A DNA stretch of 64,000 bases from Amoebidium appalachense (GCA_963693365.1 CAVNZM010000001.1:3364907-3428906), one strand, 5' to 3'; numbered from the stretch's first letter, positions 36,389 through 49,488 are shown. Notes: generated from the letters alone by a model not told the origin. A program made the numbers and translations.

Positions 36389-37187
36389 GACCAAGCCCAG
36401 TTCACGGATATCAGCTGCGGAAATGCTGTCTCCACCATTTTTCGCTCCCCTTTTCGTCGGTTGTATATGCTTGCTTTATATACATAAACCCATTACATTT
36501 TAATAGTCCTGAAGGCTTCTCGTATATATTATGTTTCAGTGGACTTTGGTGGGTGCGTGCCCAAGCGGGAGCGCTACTTCTGTCGAGCCCAACACCAGCA
36601 CCCACCTACTGCGTGTACGTGCATGCCTGGTACGTCTGGGGCCAGGACTGCAGAACTTCGCAGTAATGCTATAGTATAGCTAAATCGTATACAGTGTTCA
36701 AACAGAGTACCTCGGCCTCTTGACTACCAAACTTTAATTGCTTTACAAGGATTCTAGCATTACTTGACCATTGGAAGGCGCCCCGTGGTGTGTTCCTATG
36801 TGGCTACCTTCTTCCAGTCAGACTCAGAAAGTTGCTTGCGGCTACATGTAAAAACAACACAATGGTCTAGTTTGTTGACCTTAGTACTCTCTCGTTTCCC
36901 TTTTTATTTATTTATGCCAGCAAAGATCCCCTTACCGCCCAAAGACCTCCAACATCTCTTAACACGTTTGTACAACAAGGAGTTCGTTGCCCTTGGATCC
37001 GTAGATCTTACCAGTATCATGGTGCACTGTGTTAGACAGGCCCTTCACCATAGCTTCACTAACTTTCGTGGTACCCATCCCTTCTCCCTCTCCTTCGCCC
37101 TCGAAACTTCTCCCCGCCGCCCCCTTTTCCCAACCCCCAATGCTTCTGCTAATTGATCCTCACGCACCAACAAGAAGTACACAACAC

Positions 37188-37236
<49 letters not shown>

Positions 37237-38153
37237 CCCACACCCACACACACACACAAACACACACTGTCACCCACACACACACGCACACCCACACGCG
37301 CGCGCGCGCGAGCACACACACACACACAAACACACACACAAAAATGCTTTTGCACTCTCTGTATCTTTTCCCGTGTCTTTTGGTGATTCCATCTACCAGA
37401 GTTGCACTTCCCTATAAATAGCCAACACAGCCGCTCTCCAAAGCGGCTCCGCTTTGTCTTTCCCTTCCTTGTTTCTGTACTTCTTTGACTCCTCCGGCCT
37501 TGCCCACATCTCTCCTCACTGTCACTACTATCCCTGTCAGACAGTATATATCTCTCCCTCCCTCTCTCTCTCTCTCTCTCCCCCCCCCCCCCCCCCCTCC
37601 TCTCTCTCTCTCTCTCTCTGTCTGTGTCTCTCTCTCTCTCTGTCCTTCAACCCTCCCCCCCCCCCCCCCCCCCTGCTCGTATCCTCTTCTGCCTCACCCT
37701 TCTTGCCCACCCACCCTCTTTCTCCCTTGTCACTCTCTCTATTTCTGTTCGTTTCTGTTCCTATTTTTTTCTTATATCTGAAACCTCACTACACCGACTC
37801 CGACATCCCTCTTTATAGGTGTCTCACTCTCCCCTCTTCTCTTTGTCCTACTTCTCTCTCTATCACACTCTCTTGGTCTCTATCACTCTTCATAGCGCAT
37901 ATCTCCCTCGGAGTCTGCCGTTGTCTCTCTCTTTTCGGATTTTTATACTCCACCTCCCGGGGCCGGCGCCTTTCTACACAAATACACACACACGCACACA
38001 CACAAACACACACTGGTGCGTGCACACACACACACTCTGTCCCCCCCCCCCCCCCCCCCCCCCCCCCATGACACCCCCTTACCTACCCCTTTCTGTGTGT
38101 GCATCTTTCTGAATCTATGCGCGCGCGCGCGCGTGTGTGTGTGCGTGCGTGCT

Positions 38154-38249
<96 letters not shown>

Positions 38250-40973
38250 GCCACTCCCCTCCTTCTCTCTTGACGACTTTGCCTTCTCAGATCTCCCACA
38301 GCCTCGACCCCCCTCGATCCTCCCAGGTTCTCCGTCCCGACACTCTGGATTTGTCTTTGCCCTCCCTTCTGTCGCCTTTATCCCCTCAAACCATTTACTT
38401 CCTGGTACCATCTCCTCTCACCCCAAATATCCCTTTGCCCATCCAGCCCTCAACCTAGTACTAAACTAAATAGTTCTTCACCCTTCTACGGCCCCCTTCT
38501 CTCTGTCCCCACCTTCTTACGGATCCATTATCGTCCCCTACCCTCTAGTCAAACCAAAACATCACTTCTCACTTTTTCAATGGGGTCTTTTTTCTATTTC
38601 TCCAACGTCCCTCATCCCTCCCCTGCTTTGCCCGGTCCCTCCGGATTTTGCTTCGCTGTTTCCCCCCAACAACGGTGTCCTAGGACTACCCCCCCCCCCC
38701 CCCCCCCCCTTTCCCCCGAACCCCTACCCAACTTAGGCAGGCTACCTTAAAGTTTCCCCTTCCCGGCGCCCCGCTCCCTTTCTCTCCTACTTCCCTTAAC
38801 TTTTTGCTTTAAGCATCTATTTCTCCCTGCCAGATCACAGCTGTGATCCTGCGCAGCTGCAAGCGTTCGTATGATAAGCTGAGCACTGTGCAGGATCCGG
38901 AACCGGGCTAGTTAGTTGTCCCTATATGATGTTACTGTAAGGGTTATTGTTTCTCAGAGTAGGATGTGTGTTTAACGTTTGAAAATAACAATTGGCACAT
39001 ACTGAGACACTGTGGCGAGAGCATCAAGTGCTACAAAAAAGTAGGGAGGCTGCTTGTTCCGCAGGCTATAGTGCACTGTGTCCCGCCGCAAGACTGATGC
39101 TCTCGCTGCCGGCCGCAGGGCCCACGTATTTCTGTGTTAACCCATTTCTATACTTTGCATACTGCCAGTAAGTCTATTACTGCAATACTCTTCTCAGTTC
39201 CGAAGAACAAAGGCAGAGTAGAAGAGGACAAAGAAGTGGTGTACTGTACACCGTGCACTCTGGATCCGGCCGCCGCGATGGCCTTGGTCCACCGTTTTAG
39301 TCATTGAGGATCTGCCACACGGGGAGAGATGTTGGAACACCGGAGAGATGCTGTCTCGTATTTTTCCTTACACACACAGCGAACACTGGACTCTCGGGAC
39401 CGTAGAGCCGCCGCGAGAGAAAGCATGCACGCGGTCGCGAGAGTGTAAGGAAAAATCGGTGAGGCGTGAGGCGAACGGCAAGTTCATAGCAGCCCAGGCA
39501 CCGTCAGTGCGTGCCAGGGAGAGATGTTAAGGTTTAGGCACCAATATGCAGTTAGACACTAAGTATCGTATGTAAGCCCTGTCCGTAGCAAGCTGCCGTA
39601 ACACGGCAAACTTCAGTGGCTGTTGTGAGGTCTAAAGACGATTTGGATTTCTCAACCTAGAGAGCACACTAACTTGTTATCCAGGCCACTTATTTTCCAT
39701 GCGTTCCGCATTATACAGTCAACTATGGAAACAGCAATGAAGTATGGGTGGAGAGCTACTCCACATTTATTTTCACTGGTTGACACTCAGCACGAACTGA
39801 ACCTCCTAAACACGTGCAACAGCTGCAACCACACGTACACAACCACACACGTACGTGCACCTGCAAGCACCCATCATAAAAACGGCACAGCCCGGCCTGC
39901 ACCACTTTCGACGGTGCACACGAACTCTTATGTACACGCAAAAATCCTCCTCAGTTTTACGCTAGCCACTACCTACGAAAGGCCACATCCTTCTACAAAG
40001 CCTTATTTGCAAGGCCTCTTGTTCCAAAGTTATCACGGTACGGCCTTGAATATGTACATGCATCTTAATTTCCTGCACAACATATAGAATATTGAATATT
40101 TACCTGCATAATCTGGGAATTCAGTTTCCTTTCCCCTCCTGCTACTTTTTCAAGACCAAATAGTTTTTTGTGAACGTAGGTTTTGAGAGCCAAAGGCTTG
40201 CAGTTCAATCAACCTTAGGCGTTCAAGCATAACATCCAACAGACATTCAATTGAGATACGCAACTATAACATCCAACTGACGTTCAAACGATATATGCAA
40301 TGGAAAGGAGAGAATGGTCCGACCTGCAGCTGACCCACGAAAAACGATCTGTGGAAGGTGGAAAGATTAGTCAGGACAGTGAACAGAGTAGTTAGCTGTT
40401 TGAGACGTTCGGTTTCTTCCGGGCAAATAATTGTTACTTGTGCACGTCGGTGATGTGGAAGATAGAACGATATACAGGACAGGAATACATATATCGAGAC
40501 GCCTTTTTGGAAGGTTTGGTTTCTTCGATTTGAGAAAGGGATTTTTTTGGCCCATCAGTGATAGCTTCACGGGTGGCGTGCTCGGAAGGGGGGGGGGTGG
40601 GGGCACGGCTTCTTCATGGGTGCCGAAGAGCCCCAGTTGAGATGAAACGAGGGTAGAAAGGGAGCAGGAGGGTAAGCGGAAAGGGGCATATTACAATGTT
40701 TAGCAGGGCCAGTTTACATACCTCACTCGAAAACCACCTCAGACGTCCATGGCTATGGCATTCCCGTTCACATCCTCACTGCCGGCCGCAAAGTGCCCGA
40801 GGGTCCCAGGGCTGTGAACACAACATAGTAAGGTTTTTAATCAGGTTTGTGGTGTCCGCTTTTTTGTGTGAGTGTGGATGTGTGCTGGCGTGTATCTGAG
40901 CGTTTTTGGGATGGCTTTGTGTGTGTTTTTATTTTTTCTCATGTATGTACTCATTTTTTTCCCTTTTTTTTTT

Positions 40974-41004
<31 letters not shown>

Positions 41005-41037
41005 GGGGGAGCCCCTGAGCGGCAGTGTGATGTTCTA

Positions 41038-41077
<40 letters not shown>

Positions 41078-41766
41078 TGTGTGTCTGTGTGTCTGTGTGT
41101 GTGTGTGTGTTTTGTGTGTGTGTGTGTGTGTGCCCGCGCGCGCGTGCGCGTGCGGGCGTGCGGGCGGGCGGGCGGGCGGGCGGGCTTGTTTTGTTTTATT
41201 GGAGAAGGAGGGGATGGGGGGGGAGAGAAGGGGGGAAGAGGAGGGGAGAAATCAGGAACATCGATGTCTGTTGTCTCTCTCTGTCTTATTCTTTTGCCCC
41301 TTGGGGGCAGGGGGGGATGGTACATGTCGTTCGCATTATGTTGTTGCCCCCCCACGCAAAAAGGGGGTGGGGTGGGGTGGGGGGGGGGGGGGGGGGGGGG
41401 TAGGGGGTAGCGGGGGGGGGGGGGGGGGGGGAAGGAGATTGGGGGGCAAGAACTGGGGGGGGGGGGAGGGGGGGGAAGGGGGGGGGGACAAAAACAAAAT
41501 AAAGAGAAGTAGACAAGAGTTAGCGCAGGTGGTGGGATTGAAAACAATGAGCAGAAGAAGCAGGGAAAGTGCGCGTGCGGTGTGAATGTGTGTGTGTGTG
41601 CGCGCGCACAGTGTGCGGGCTTCTTCTGTGTACGTGTGCGTGCGTGTGTGATTGATCTGAGACTGAGAGGCAGGGTATGTGAGAGAGAAAATTGGAGACA
41701 TTAACCCCCCTCCCCCCTTCCCCCCTTCCCCCTCCCCCCTCCCCCCCCTCTCTCCCTCTTTGTCCC

Positions 41767-41800
<34 letters not shown>

Positions 41801-41899
41801 CCCCTCTCTCCCCTTTCTTATTGCTTTCTTTCTCTTCTTTCTTTGTTTCTTTCTCTCTCTCTCTCTCTCCCACCCCCCCTCTAGATCTCCCCCCCTTCC

Positions 41900-41932
<33 letters not shown>

Positions 41933-42395
41933 ACCCTTTTTCCTTGTTCCCTTGTTTTTTTTTTTTGTTTTTTGTTTTTTTTAATCTCCGGGTCGGCAAG
42001 GGCACGACCAACAACTTGAAATGCCTCGCTGAAGACTCTGTGCATGACGTGGGTCAGCAGTTAGCCAGGCAGACTGCCCTCAAAAAAGGTTCGTGTTTAC
42101 CGAACCACTATCAAGATATTACATCACATAACCTTTTAGGACTGTGTACTACTACACCACGCAGGGATTGTTCAAGTGAGTGTCCCCATCTTCGCGTCGC
42201 CTGACTGCAGATTTTGGCCACTAAACTACCACACCGCACGCACACATCAAGCACTTTCTTTTACCGATTCCTGTTCGTCCACCTAGTAGTGTTTGTTTTG
42301 CTTCATTCGTCCAGACATGGGGTGCGGGATGAGGAGGGTGACATGAAAAACGAAAATACTACAGGCAGGGCACGGGCAGGATGTCATAAATGGGT

Positions 42396-42470
<75 letters not shown>

Positions 42471-42766
42471 AAGGTCGGGGGGATGGGTGGGTAGATTTAG
42501 TTACCTCTCCTCAATGACGTCCTCTGTCCCCCTCAGCACTTCAAAGGCTCTGTAGTTTATGGACATTTGGGACGTGTCGTTTCTCCTGTGCATCCCGTGG
42601 TCAGTTTTTGGCAGTTTCTGCATTTGCGCGCAGACAGGCATGCGCGACAATGTGTGCAGGTGCACCCAAGCAACCCGATAGGAATGTTTTTCCCTCTTGT
42701 CAAGAACCAAAAAGGAAAGGCAGGCACGGGGTTCTTGTTTGAGAAGCTAAAGTCATGCACACGCAG

Positions 42767-42980
42767 GTCTTCAGGCGCAGTGACTGCTCATTGGAAGCGT
42801 AGAAAGCACTCACGTATAGCCCTGGATGGGGTTGTCAATCGTCACCGTTGCTACCAAGGGCCGCCCATTTGCAGCTCCATTGACGTGCCTGATAGGGCTG
42901 GAGGGTGTGGCTAGTCGAAGCGGTCATGCATTGCAAGGCCATATGAGAACGATGAGTTAAACTGGGTGCTGTACGCACAG
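42767..42980 (+). pseudogene. Possible degraded N-lobe exon of the kinase pseudogene
   Basis: After acceptor cacgcag there are frame-broken fragments LLIGS.ES.HV, ALDG, VTVATK and YENDELNWVLY, resembling kinase subdomains I-III, with in-frame TGA/TAG and frameshifts. Confidence 0.3.
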
Positions 42981-43365
42981 TCATCGATTGCATTCCTGCT
43001 GTTGTTTAGGTTTGCTATCAAGTCCCCTCCTTTTCCTACTCCTCCGCATACTAGATGTGGGTGAAAGCACCAGGAAAAAACAAGACCCCCCCCCCCCCCC
43101 TCCCTCTTCCCACCCCCGCCCCTCTCCCCCCCCGTTCTCTTCCCCTGCTCCTTCTCATAGCCACCCCCCCCTCCCCCACCTCACCCACCCGATCTCTTCT
43201 CTTCCTTCCCCAGCCTACCCCTCCCCCCCCCCCCCCCTTTCCGCCCCGTTCTCTTCCCCTACTCCTTCTCGCAGTCGACCTCCCCCCCCCCCGTGTCCCC
43301 GGGGTTACCACTTGCCCTTTCCCCTTCTTCCTTGCCTTTACACATGTACCATACGAGAAGCCCAG

Positions 43366-43403
<38 letters not shown>

Positions 43404-43424
43404 TTCGACGTAATTGATGACTTG

Positions 43425-43570
43425 GGCCCTCCCTGAGGATGGGCTCTGCTTATGACACATACTATGCGCATGGCTGATGTTGCATACTTGAATATTTGCC
43501 TTTACATGTGTCCTGCACCATGCTTCTCATCACCTATGCGTACTTCGTACCGTGTTCCGCATTCAAACCC
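43425..43570 (-). repeat. Inverted copy of the dispersed repeat family
   Basis: CCTGAGGATGGGCTCTGCTTATG...TATTTGCCTTTACATGTGTCCTGCACC is the reverse complement of the 23540 and 31480 copies. Confidence 0.75.
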
Positions 43571-43786
43571 CCCCCCCCACCCCCTACCCCTACCCCCCCC
43601 CTTCCCCTCCGCTCTCTTACTCCAGCAAAATTTCATTCATCACCCCACCCACCCTCCCACTCCCTCTCTCTCCTTTAACCATTCCCTGCACCTGCTTCTC
43701 CTGCTTACCCCCCCCCCCCCCCCCCCCCCAAGCCCCCAAATGAAAACAAAATCACACGGAAAACAAAAAAACATGGCCACCTTTAC

Positions 43787-43871
<85 letters not shown>

Positions 43872-44590
43872 AGCGCACAGGTGGGTGATGGTGGCAATAG
43901 GAAACATGGTACGTAGGGAGTTGGGTGGGTGAGTAAAAGTGTGGTACACATTGCTTTGTGGAGGTGGATGTGTGATCATGAGATGGGGAACGTGGACCCG
44001 TGAAGCTGAATGTGTGGTGGTGGTGGGATACGGTGATGGTGATTTAGGAAAACATTTGACTTGAGGAAGTGGGTGGTTGGTGTGGCATTGTTGGGACAAA
44101 CTTTGACCCAGAAAAATGAGCAGACAGTGATAGTAATTGTTAAACACATTCTGGCCTATGGACGGTGACACATGATCTAGAGAGAATGGTCGGGGGTGAT
44201 GATGGCTGTTGGACAAATGCTCAACAATAGTAGGAAGATGGGTGTGTGGTGTTACATATGGAGTGGTGATAGCGGTGATGGTGACTGTTGGGCACACCTT
44301 GGCCTATTTGGTCAATGTAATTTTGGAACTTATGGAGATGGGCCGGCATTTATGGTATAATTCGTGTGTTACATCTTGTCAATGACGTAGGAAGTGTGGA
44401 AGATGGACACACACCATCCCGGTTAACGATGGGATTGAAAGTTTTTGTTTTTTGTTTTCTTGCAAACAGCATATAGATATATCGTTTGTCAGTTTTTTCA
44501 CCCGCTCCCCTTAGCCATGCACAACCTTGGTTCTCTATGTTTATTTATGGTCTTCCCTGTGGTAGTCTAACACCCGTGTCCCATGAGCAG

Positions 44591-45518
44591 GCAATTCTGT
44601 TTCCCTTTGTTGACGGGCACCGCATCGACACCCATCTGGCGCTCAGCTATGCCGAGGCGATGGAGAAAGGCGCCGACAAGACGGACTGTCTGCGAGGGCT
44701 GTATGTGACCATGTAGGAGCTGCTACGGCAGGCAGCCCAGGGCTTTGCACACGTGCATTCGTGCGGGGTGGCGCACATGGATCCCAATCGCTCAAACTTC
44801 ATCGTCAATGTGGATGGTGAGGGCAAGCACACGGTCAAGCTCATCGATTTTGGGCTGTCGACCATCACCACTGAGCCCCACACGGTGAAGTGCGACCCGC
44901 GCGGGCATCTGCTGATGAGCCCGGAGGAGCAGGCGGCGTGCAAGGCGAAGGAGGAGAGGGTTGTGGACTGCAAGAAGTGTGACGTGTGGAAGGTCGGGTT
45001 GACCATCTACACTCTGCTCAAGCAGCACAGGCACGAGTTTGCCACCGGCTGCTTCAATGCCCGCCCGTTCTGGGTGGACGACAAGGCACCGTGCTGCGAC
45101 GAACGGGCGGGTCACTACCTGCTATACCCGGACAACCTCAGCTGGATGATTGCATATGCACAGATGCCCCACCAGTGCGGGCCGTTGGAGCATGACGTGC
45201 TCATACTGCTTGCCGGCTGCTTCGTGAAGGACCCGGCCCAACGGTTTAGTATGGCCCCAGTAGTGACAAAGATTGATGCCGTCCTTGCCCGCCTGGCCAA
45301 CCCCCCGACCGTTGCCCCCCGACCTGAGCCCACGGGGGCAGGTGCAGTTGCGATTGCCCGGATGCGAGCGGCCAGCCAGGCAGCGGCCAGCCTGCTGCAG
45401 GCGCTGGGCCAAACCCCCCAACTGGCGGCACTGGCCCAGAGGTTTGCTGATGACTTCAACGCTGCGGCCACTGCACTGTGCAACCTGGCTGCAGTTGGGT
45501 ATGCCACCCTCTACCCCT

Positions 45519-45572
<54 letters not shown>

Positions 45573-46149
45573 ACACACACACAAGGCCATCCACCCACCC
45601 AGGGGATGACGTGGGCCTGGCACTGAAGATGCACTCTGTGTATGTCCTATTATGCATAGTCCATGTGTGTGCTTTGCACAGCCCGCATGTTGTTCGTCAT
45701 GAGTGTGCACTTCGTATTCTCACACTTCCTCCCCCCTTCCCCCCCCCCCCCCCCGGGGCCCCCTCCCCTTCCCCCGGTTCACCTTCCTTCAAAGCTGCCT
45801 TTATATCTATAAATTAACCAGTCCATGGCACACACACATCGGATTACGAATTCATGGAGATAATAATAGTAAAGAAAAGGGAAACAGAACACAAAGCTTT
45901 GTAAAAATGGTTTGCACGTTGACCTACACAAGAGCGATTATGACACCTATTTCTCTCCTTCTCTCACTCTCTCTCCCACACACACACACACACACTCTCT
46001 CTCTCTCTCTCTCCCCCCCCCCCCCCCCCCCCCGCCCCCTCCCTCATCCCCATACCCTGCCAGTTGTGACCTCATGCTCGTCTGCACTTACACCTCTCCC
46101 CCCCACCCCACCCCTTTCCCCCGTCCCCCTCTTCCATCCTTCCTACCAG

Positions 46150-46192
<43 letters not shown>

Positions 46193-47675
46193 CACACACA
46201 CGCACGCACACACACGCAGTGCCGATGCAGTTGATTTGCTGCAGCCCACAACAGGAGCCCTGGATCTGTCTGAGACGGAGGGCACCCCTCCCGCCGGCTC
46301 CCCGGTAGCAACAGACTCTGAGATGACACCCCAGCACACACAGTAGGTCAACCCCTATAGTCTATATAGTTGTTTAGAAGTTTCCTAGGACACAAACACA
46401 CACACAAATTAACAAACACACAACACACATACAACACAAACACATAGACACACACACAAATATTCCCGAACAAAAACGGACAAACACACACATGCATTGC
46501 AAAGCCACACCGCCCATACAACCTCCCATCCATAACCCTTTCACTTCCTGCCCCTAACTGCTTGTACTGCCCCTAACTGCTTGTACTGCCCCTAACTGCT
46601 TGTACTGCCCCTAACTGCTTGTACTGCCCCTAACTGCTTGTACTGCCCCTAACTGCTTGTGCTGCTTGCACGTGTGTTCAGTCACTGATTGCACTGCTGC
46701 CCCTTAGGCCTGGCCAGGGGGTGGACGAAGGTTCACAGCCACAGCAGTCGGCAAAGACAGAAGAGCAGCCTCCCGACACGTATGTTTACCTCATCCTTTC
46801 CCTCCCCCCTCTACCTTCCCCCCCCCCCCCCCCTGGTCCCCTCACGAGGCAGAAACAGATGGTTTTATCTTTACCACGTGCATTTTCTGTATGGAAGTAA
46901 ACGAAACTGATGTATCAGTGGGTGGGCAGGCACACAACAGTGCCTACAATCCACAACACATTCCACGCCACGTTCCAATAAGGCACATAGTCCATTCACA
47001 CCGTATTGACCAATCCCTGCCCTCCATTCTGCAGGCCCGAGGACGATGCAAAGCACGTGCCCAAGCATAAAGACACAGAAGATGCGGCACCCCCAGCAAC
47101 CAATCAGACGGCAGATTTTTGTGACAAGCGACCAATCAGCATCAACCACACGACCCAATCCAGCCGGGGAAAGGCACCTTTGGAGGACTCCGTGAGGTGG
47201 GTGTGCTGCTATTTATAGACTGTGAATGTGCTTCTATATATGGCGGTTTGTTGTGTGTATGGTGTGCACTGTACATGGATTTGTGTCTTGATCTTAAGTG
47301 ATTGAGTGATCCTTTTTTATGCAAACCGCTTGTGACTAGATCATAGTTGTGGCGAAGTGCGTTGGTGTGTGCAGACTATCATGTGCATGTGTGTGTTTGT
47401 GGGTGTGGAGGGATGGGAAGGAGATGGGTGTGTGTGTGTGTGGCGGGGGAGGGGGGGGGCGGGGGGGGGGGTTGGTTGCCCAGGAGGTTTGTAAAAGCGA
47501 AACTTGAGTAACCGAAAAAGCTGGCCGTTCACTTTGCAGCATCGAGAAGGGGGGCAAATAAGCAGACCAAGAAGAAAACAGGCCAAGCATAAAGAGAAGG
47601 TGTGTGGAGGGGGAGGAAGAGGAGGAGTCAAGCACAAAGAGACGGTGTGGGGGGGAGGATTGCCACCACAGCAGC

Positions 47676-47759
<84 letters not shown>

Positions 47760-48300
47760 GGTGGGTGGGTGGGTGGGTGAGTGCATGTGTTGCCTGTGGT
47801 TGGCAGTGGTGGAGAGAGGAGGTTTTGGGGATTGTGTCTTGAATGGAAGCACTAAACTATGTGGAAAGAGATGTTCGCACTAGTCACTAGTCAAACGGAT
47901 ACACTGGCTGTGAATGGTCGGTGGGAATGGTGGGTTGATGAGAATAGCTGACCAGTTGTGTTGTTTTGATAGGCACAGCAAATAGCAACAACAAAGATAA
48001 TAGCAACCACCACCAACATAGGAAAAAATCAACAAGAATGACAGTTAAACCATGCGCTGTATTAGTATCTGAAAATTTGTGCACAAGGCAACAATAACAA
48101 GAATGACAAGAACACTCGATACACCGGTGTAGTGTTTAGAATAATAAGCTACCTTTTTTCTTTTGGGTGCAGCGATGAGAAAACAAGCAACCAGCCGCAG
48201 TGGGAGGAGAAGAAAGAGGCGAGCAGAAAGAGAAAGTGTGAGGAGGAAGAGGGAGAGGAAGAGGAAGAGGCGTTGGAATCAGGCGCATGCAGGTACGAGA

Positions 48301-48348
<48 letters not shown>

Positions 48349-49210
48349 TGACGTGTGTGTGTGTGCTTGGGCGTATGGGGTAGGACTGGTTGCGAAACAC
48401 CGGAAGAAGGGAGAATGAGATGCATCTTGTGTATGTTGTTTGGTGGTGGGTGTGTGGTTTTTTTGAGCCGTGGGTCGTCTGAGACACCAGTGTGCACACG
48501 TGCAAGTCTACCCCCTTTCTAGTGCAGCTTCTGATTAGTACGCTTATCTGATTGGATCATGTACACGTGCTTCTTCGTGTGCTGCATTTCCATTGGCCCG
48601 TGCCATAGTCACGTGGCCTGCACGTGCTCACGTATCCGCCCCCCTGCGCACACACGCAGGGATCTGCCCTTGAACAAGCGCTCGGCCACACAGGCCGCCC
48701 TTTCCCCCTCCGATGCATCCCAGGGCAATCGCCAAAGGTGGGTGCCCCCCTTCCTCCCTTACCACGTATGAACACACACAAAAGCACACACACGCACGCA
48801 CGCGCACACACATGCATGCACGCACGCACACGCACAACGAACTATCCGTCTATCTGCATATCTATCGTATGCCAGTGTCTGATCATTACTCTTTTCGTTA
48901 GAATTGGCTGGTTACTTGTTGTTTCAGTGGTGGTGGTGATGTGTTGGGTAATCCCGACATCCATTTCTCTTGAAAAAGTGGCCTCTAACCTGATATGCTC
49001 AAGTCTCCTCCCCTCCCCCCTCCCCCCCCCTCCCCCAAAAAAAAAAACAAAAAAAAAAACAAAACATATCTCTGTTTTTGGTGTGTGTCTTTTGTTTTTC
49101 ACTCTGCTAACAATGATTTCTTTCCCCCCTCCCCTCCCCCCCCTCATGCAGGATGTCTGTTGGTGACCAGTGAACCAGTCTGTTGAAGAGCCGACAGCCA
49201 AAATGCCAAG
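44591..49210 (+). pseudogene. Multi-exon Ser/Thr-type protein kinase gene with premature stops (probable pseudogene) and a long low-complexity tail
   Basis: Exon 44591-45498 encodes the kinase C-lobe (ILFPFVDG hinge, VAHMDPNRSN, VKLIDFG, SPEE, CDVWKVG, DPAQR) with an in-frame TAG at 44714-16. Further exons: 46220-46342, 46708-46779, 47035-47196, 47540-47677 (in-frame TAA 47559-61), 48173-48292, 48660-48737, 49152-49210 (TGA 49171-73). Weaker exon-like pieces continue to ~52700. Confidence 0.8.
46548..46660. repeat. 19-bp tandem repeat CTGCCCCTAACTGCTTGTA x~6
   Basis: Perfect copies are directly visible in a kinase intron. Confidence 0.95.
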
Positions 49211-49223
49211 GTATTTACCCCCG

Positions 49224-49272
<49 letters not shown>

Positions 49273-49392
49273 AAAAAAAAAAAAAAGGAAGGAAAGAAAG
49301 AAAGAAAGAAAGAAAGTCCCAACCTTTTCCTGCCCCGGGTGCCCCTCCCCTTCCCACCGTCTTTTTCCTGCAAATGCAGATTCCATTCCATC

Positions 49393-49488
<96 letters not shown>

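Noticed and set aside
46343-46346. Apparent second TAG stop in the kinase tail
   Set aside because: The TAG lies inside the donor CA|gtaggt, which gives the required phase 2.
44714-47561. Ciliate-like reassignment of TAA/TAG (the three intact gene ends in the window all use TGA)
   Set aside because: Genes A-D have thousands of codons with many CAA/CAG and no in-frame TAR, and the kinase locus also shows TGA and frameshift damage. Pseudogenisation is the simpler explanation.
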